64,000 bases of DNA from NCBI GenBank assembly GCA_963768675.1, contig CAVYIV010000001.1, positions 77,913 to 141,912 of the forward strand, written 5' to 3'. Source of the stretch: an uncultured Chloroflexia bacterium (GTDB taxonomy: Bacteria; Chloroflexota; Limnocylindria; Limnocylindrales; CSP1-4). Made by a program: the position numbers and the translations under genes. Positions 61,649 through 64,000 of the stretch are shown here, one piece after another; within the stretch, counting starts at the first letter, position 1; every line of letters starts with the position of its first letter. The notes beneath the pieces are model-generated. The model saw only the letters and a program-made list of their open reading frames with translations. It was not told the origin of the DNA and made no database searches.

Positions 61649-62968
61649 TCAGGTCCCCGCGGCGCCGCGCGGCGGCCCGGCGGCGATGGCCGCATCCGGG
61701 GCGAGACGGTCCCGGGCAGCGGGCAGCGGCGCGAGCCCGCCCCGCAGGATCCAGGCGCCGGCGAGCACGGCCGCGGCGATCGCGGTCCCACCGCCCACGA
61801 CCAGCGCGACCTCGGTGCTGAACGCGGACGCCAGCCAGCCGATGACCGGCGCCCCGATCGGGGTCGACCCGGAGAAGACCGTCGTGTAGACGGACATGAC
61901 CCTGCCTCGCAGCCGGTCCGGCACGGCGATCTGGATCGCCGTGTTTGCCGAGACCGTCATCGCGATCGCGCCGGCACCTGCGCCGAACATCGCCACGAGC
62001 GCGACCGGGTAGGACCGTACCCCGCCGAGAACCACCTCGAGCACGCCGAGGACGAGCGCGCCGACCACCATGATCCAGGGTCGCGGACGCCGCAGCGACG
62101 CAACGAGGAGGGCCGCGACCAGCGAGCCGAGCCCCATCGAGGACAGGAGGAACCCGAGGCCGGTTGCGCCGACCCCGAGGACATCCTGGGCCAGGGCCGG
62201 GGCGATCACGTTGAAGTTCATCGCGAAGGTGGAGACGAAGCCGACCAGGCAGACCGCGAGCAGGACGACCGGCGTCGCCCGCACGTACCGCAGGCCTTCG
62301 CCCAGGTTGTCGATCACGGCCCGGACGCTCCTCGGCCGGGCCAGCAGGACCGTCGGGCGGAGGTCTGCCTCGCGCATGAGCAGCAGGCCCAGGATCACCG
62401 CGAGGAAGCTGAGGCCGTTTAGGAAGAAGCAGGCGGTCACGCCGATCAGGCCGATCAGGATCCCCCGATGGCCGGACCCACGATCCGGGCCGTGTTGAAG
62501 ATCGCGGAGTTGAGGCCGACCGCGTTGGTCACATCCTCGACCCCGACCATCTCGATGACGAACGACTGGCGCGTCGGCATGTCCACGGCGTTGACGAGCC
62601 CGAGAAGGGCGGCGAGCAGGAGGATCTCCCAGACCTGGGCGACGTTCGCGAACGTGAGCGCCGCGAGAACGAACGCGAGGAGCATGGAGGCAGTCTGGGT
62701 TCCCACCAGCGTGCGCCGCTTGGGAAGGACGTCGGCGATGATCCCCCCGAAGAGCCCGAGGATCAGGACCGGCAGGAACTGGATGGCGGCCACGAATCCC
62801 GAGCCAGAGCGGGTCGTGGGTGAGAAGTAGGATCAGCCAGGCCTGGCCGACCGACTGCATCCAGGTCCCGACCAGAGATATGAGCTGGCCGAACCAGAAC
62901 AGGCGGAAGTTGCGGTGGCGAAGGGCTCCCCGCCAATGAGTGGCGCCGCGGGCGGTGGGGGCGGTCAT
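61649..62968 (-). pseudogene. MFS transporter (EntS/MFS_3-like), two frame breaks as assembled
   Basis: ATG at 62968 (MTAPTARG..LRHRNFRLFWFGQLISLVGTWMQ). The middle part is in ORF 62455-62793 (FVAAIQFLPVLILGLFGGIIADVLPKRR). The remainder returns to the main frame. The breaks are at about 62800 and the CCCCC run 62462-62466. Confidence 0.8.
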
Positions 62969-63532
62969 CGAGGGGAGCTCGCGAGGGGCAGCCGCGGCCG
63001 GAGCCGCCCGCAGCTGACCCGCCGAAGCGTCCGGGCCGGGCGTGTCCGCGTCGAGCTCCGCGAGGTGGTCGAGGACGTGGCGCCGGCGTGCCTCGAGCTC
63101 GCCGACCATCGATTCCAGCCGGGCGACCTTCCCGCGCAGGCCCGTCAGCTGGTCATCGATGCTGGCGAGGCGCCCGTCGAGGATGCGGCGCCGTTCCACC
63201 GGGTCGTCGGTCGCGTCGAGCTCCTCGCGGGCCAGCCGGCGGGCAGCCTCGTCCTCGAGGAGCCGGCCGATCTCGGCGATCGAGAACCCGGCGTCGTCGC
63301 GGAGGCCCTTGATGAAGCGGAGCCGGTCGATGTCGAGCTGGTCGAAGAGCCGGTAGTCGCCCGCCGAGCGGGCCGACGGGCTCAGCAGCCCCATCTCCTC
63401 GTAGTACCGGATCGAGCGGGGCGTGAGGCCGACGAGCTCGGCGGCCTCGTGGATCCTGAGCGAGGCCGTCTTGGCTGGACCGGATGCGGCGGGTGGGTAG
63501 GCCGGCCGTTCCCGGCCCGGGGTTCGCGTCAT
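62965..63532 (-). pseudogene. MerR-family transcriptional regulator (stop codon out of frame as assembled)
   Basis: ATG at 63532. The HTH is LRIHEAAELVGLTPRSIRYYEEMGLL..YRLFD, followed by a coiled-coil segment. As assembled it reads through into the MFS ORF. Removing one base from the GGGG run 62972-62975 gives ...RELPR-TGA, with an ATGA overlap on the MFS start. Confidence 0.8.
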
Positions 63533-63538
63533 GCGGTG

Positions 63539-63569
63539 AGTATAACCTTTGCGTGAACGGGAAGGTCCA
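63539..63569 (-). promoter_or_regulatory. candidate MerR-type promoter (TGGACC - 19 bp - TATACT), probably producing a leaderless merR-family transcript
   Basis: On the minus strand TATACT occupies 63544-63539 and ends 6 nt before the ATG at 63532. TGGACC occupies 63569-63564, giving a 19-bp spacer. An inverted repeat GTGAACG/CGTTCAC (63553-63559 and 63582-63588) brackets the -35 element. Confidence 0.25.
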
Positions 63570-63697
63570 CCCGGTCAGGTGCGTTCACTCGGCGGGGTCG
63601 GCGCGGCCACACGACGCCTGGACGGCGGGCGGATTGCGGGCCCCGGCTCGCATCGCAAGCAAAGGCGGCCCACGTGCCCGGCGTCAGGGGGCCACGA

Positions 63698-63728
63698 AGA
63701 AGCCGGCCCGGGGGACCGGGCCGGCTTC
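63698..63728 (-). terminator. GC-rich hairpin downstream of the protease gene (candidate intrinsic terminator)
   Basis: GAAGCCGGCCCGG - GGGGA - CCGGGCCGGCTTC forms a perfect 13-bp stem, 23 nt after the TAA at 63751-63753. It is followed on the minus strand by TTCGTGG, which is only a weak U-tract. Confidence 0.45.
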
Positions 63729-63750
63729 GGGGACGCGCCTAGGGGGGCGG

Positions 63751-64000
63751 TTAGCTCGTGCTCGCCGGACGCGTCGCGAGCGTGACCTGGATGGTGAGGT
63801 CCGTCGTGCCGCGCCGCACGGTGAGGCTCACCGTGGAGCCGGGCGCGTGGGCGGCGAGGAGCTCGACGAGCGGATGGTTCGTGTCCACCTTCGTCCCGTC
63901 GACCGCGGTGATGACGTCGTTCTCCTTGAGACCCGCCGTTGCGGCTGGGCTGCCCGACTGGACCGCCGCCCCGTTCCCGCTCGAGGTGATCCACGCCCCC
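63751..64000 (-). CDS. HtrA/DegP-type serine protease, C-terminal PDZ domain (5'-partial; gene continues beyond the window)
   Basis: This is an open frame from the window edge to the TAA at 63751-63753, and it is absent from the supplied ORF track because no start lies inside the window. Translation: ..VQSGSPAATAGLKENDVITAVDGTKVDTNHPLVELLAAHAPGSTVSLTVRRGTTDLTIQVTLATRP. Confidence 0.7.
   Translation of the reverse strand, partial: GAWITSSGNGAAVQSGSPAATAGLKENDVITAVDGTKVDTNHPLVELLAAHAPGSTVSLTVRRGTTDLTIQVTLATRPASTS

Noticed and set aside
61649-63532. A genuine MerR-MFS fusion protein.
   Set aside because: An out-of-frame TGA overlapping the MFS ATG (ATGA) is restored by removing one base from a 4-nt G-run, and the same ORF has two further homopolymer-type breaks. 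An artefact is the simpler explanation.

Overview
This is very GC-rich bacterial chromosomal DNA; third codon positions are almost all G/C. The gene content includes two F420-type LLM oxidoreductases, a DDN-family deazaflavin enzyme, MMPL, PaiB, DUF2171 and many MarR/TetR/MerR-controlled exporters. That suggests an Actinomycetota- or Chloroflexota-like organism, but I cannot place it more precisely by eye. I call 56 protein-coding loci, tightly packed on both strands, with many ATGA/GTGA start-stop overlaps. I saw no rRNA, no convincing tRNA, no CRISPR and no transposase, integrase or phage genes. Three themes stand out. (1) Nitrogen/C1 metabolism: gltB-gltD glutamate synthase, an 881-aa GcvT-SHMT fusion, and a second divergent SHMT-like gene. 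(2) A molybdate-related cluster: MerR/TOBE regulator, modB, mop, a MoCF-domain protein and a YdiJ-like FAD/Fe-S oxidase. (3) Many transporters: MMPL, five MFS, EamA, NCS2, two fused ABC exporters and three ABC-2 systems. Assorted redox and hydrolase genes fill the rest. The dominant technical feature is about 40 single-base frame breaks (my count by eye) in 22-23 otherwise well conserved genes, including gltB and gltD. Most breaks I could resolve to the nucleotide lie in short homopolymer runs. They are therefore most likely sequencing or assembly indels rather than true gene decay. Those loci are typed 'pseudogene' only because the ORFs are broken as given. I found no convincing multi-gene novel system. 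The items most worth follow-up are: the GcvT-SHMT fusion; a 93-aa protein with 10 cysteines behind a perfect Shine-Dalgarno; an S51-peptidase-like protein with a CysRS-like tail; the back-to-back ABC-2/NEW3 surface-protein modules; and a 560-bp repeat-bearing non-coding region upstream of a D-cysteine-desulfhydrase-family gene. All family assignments are by-eye motif recognition; no searches were run.
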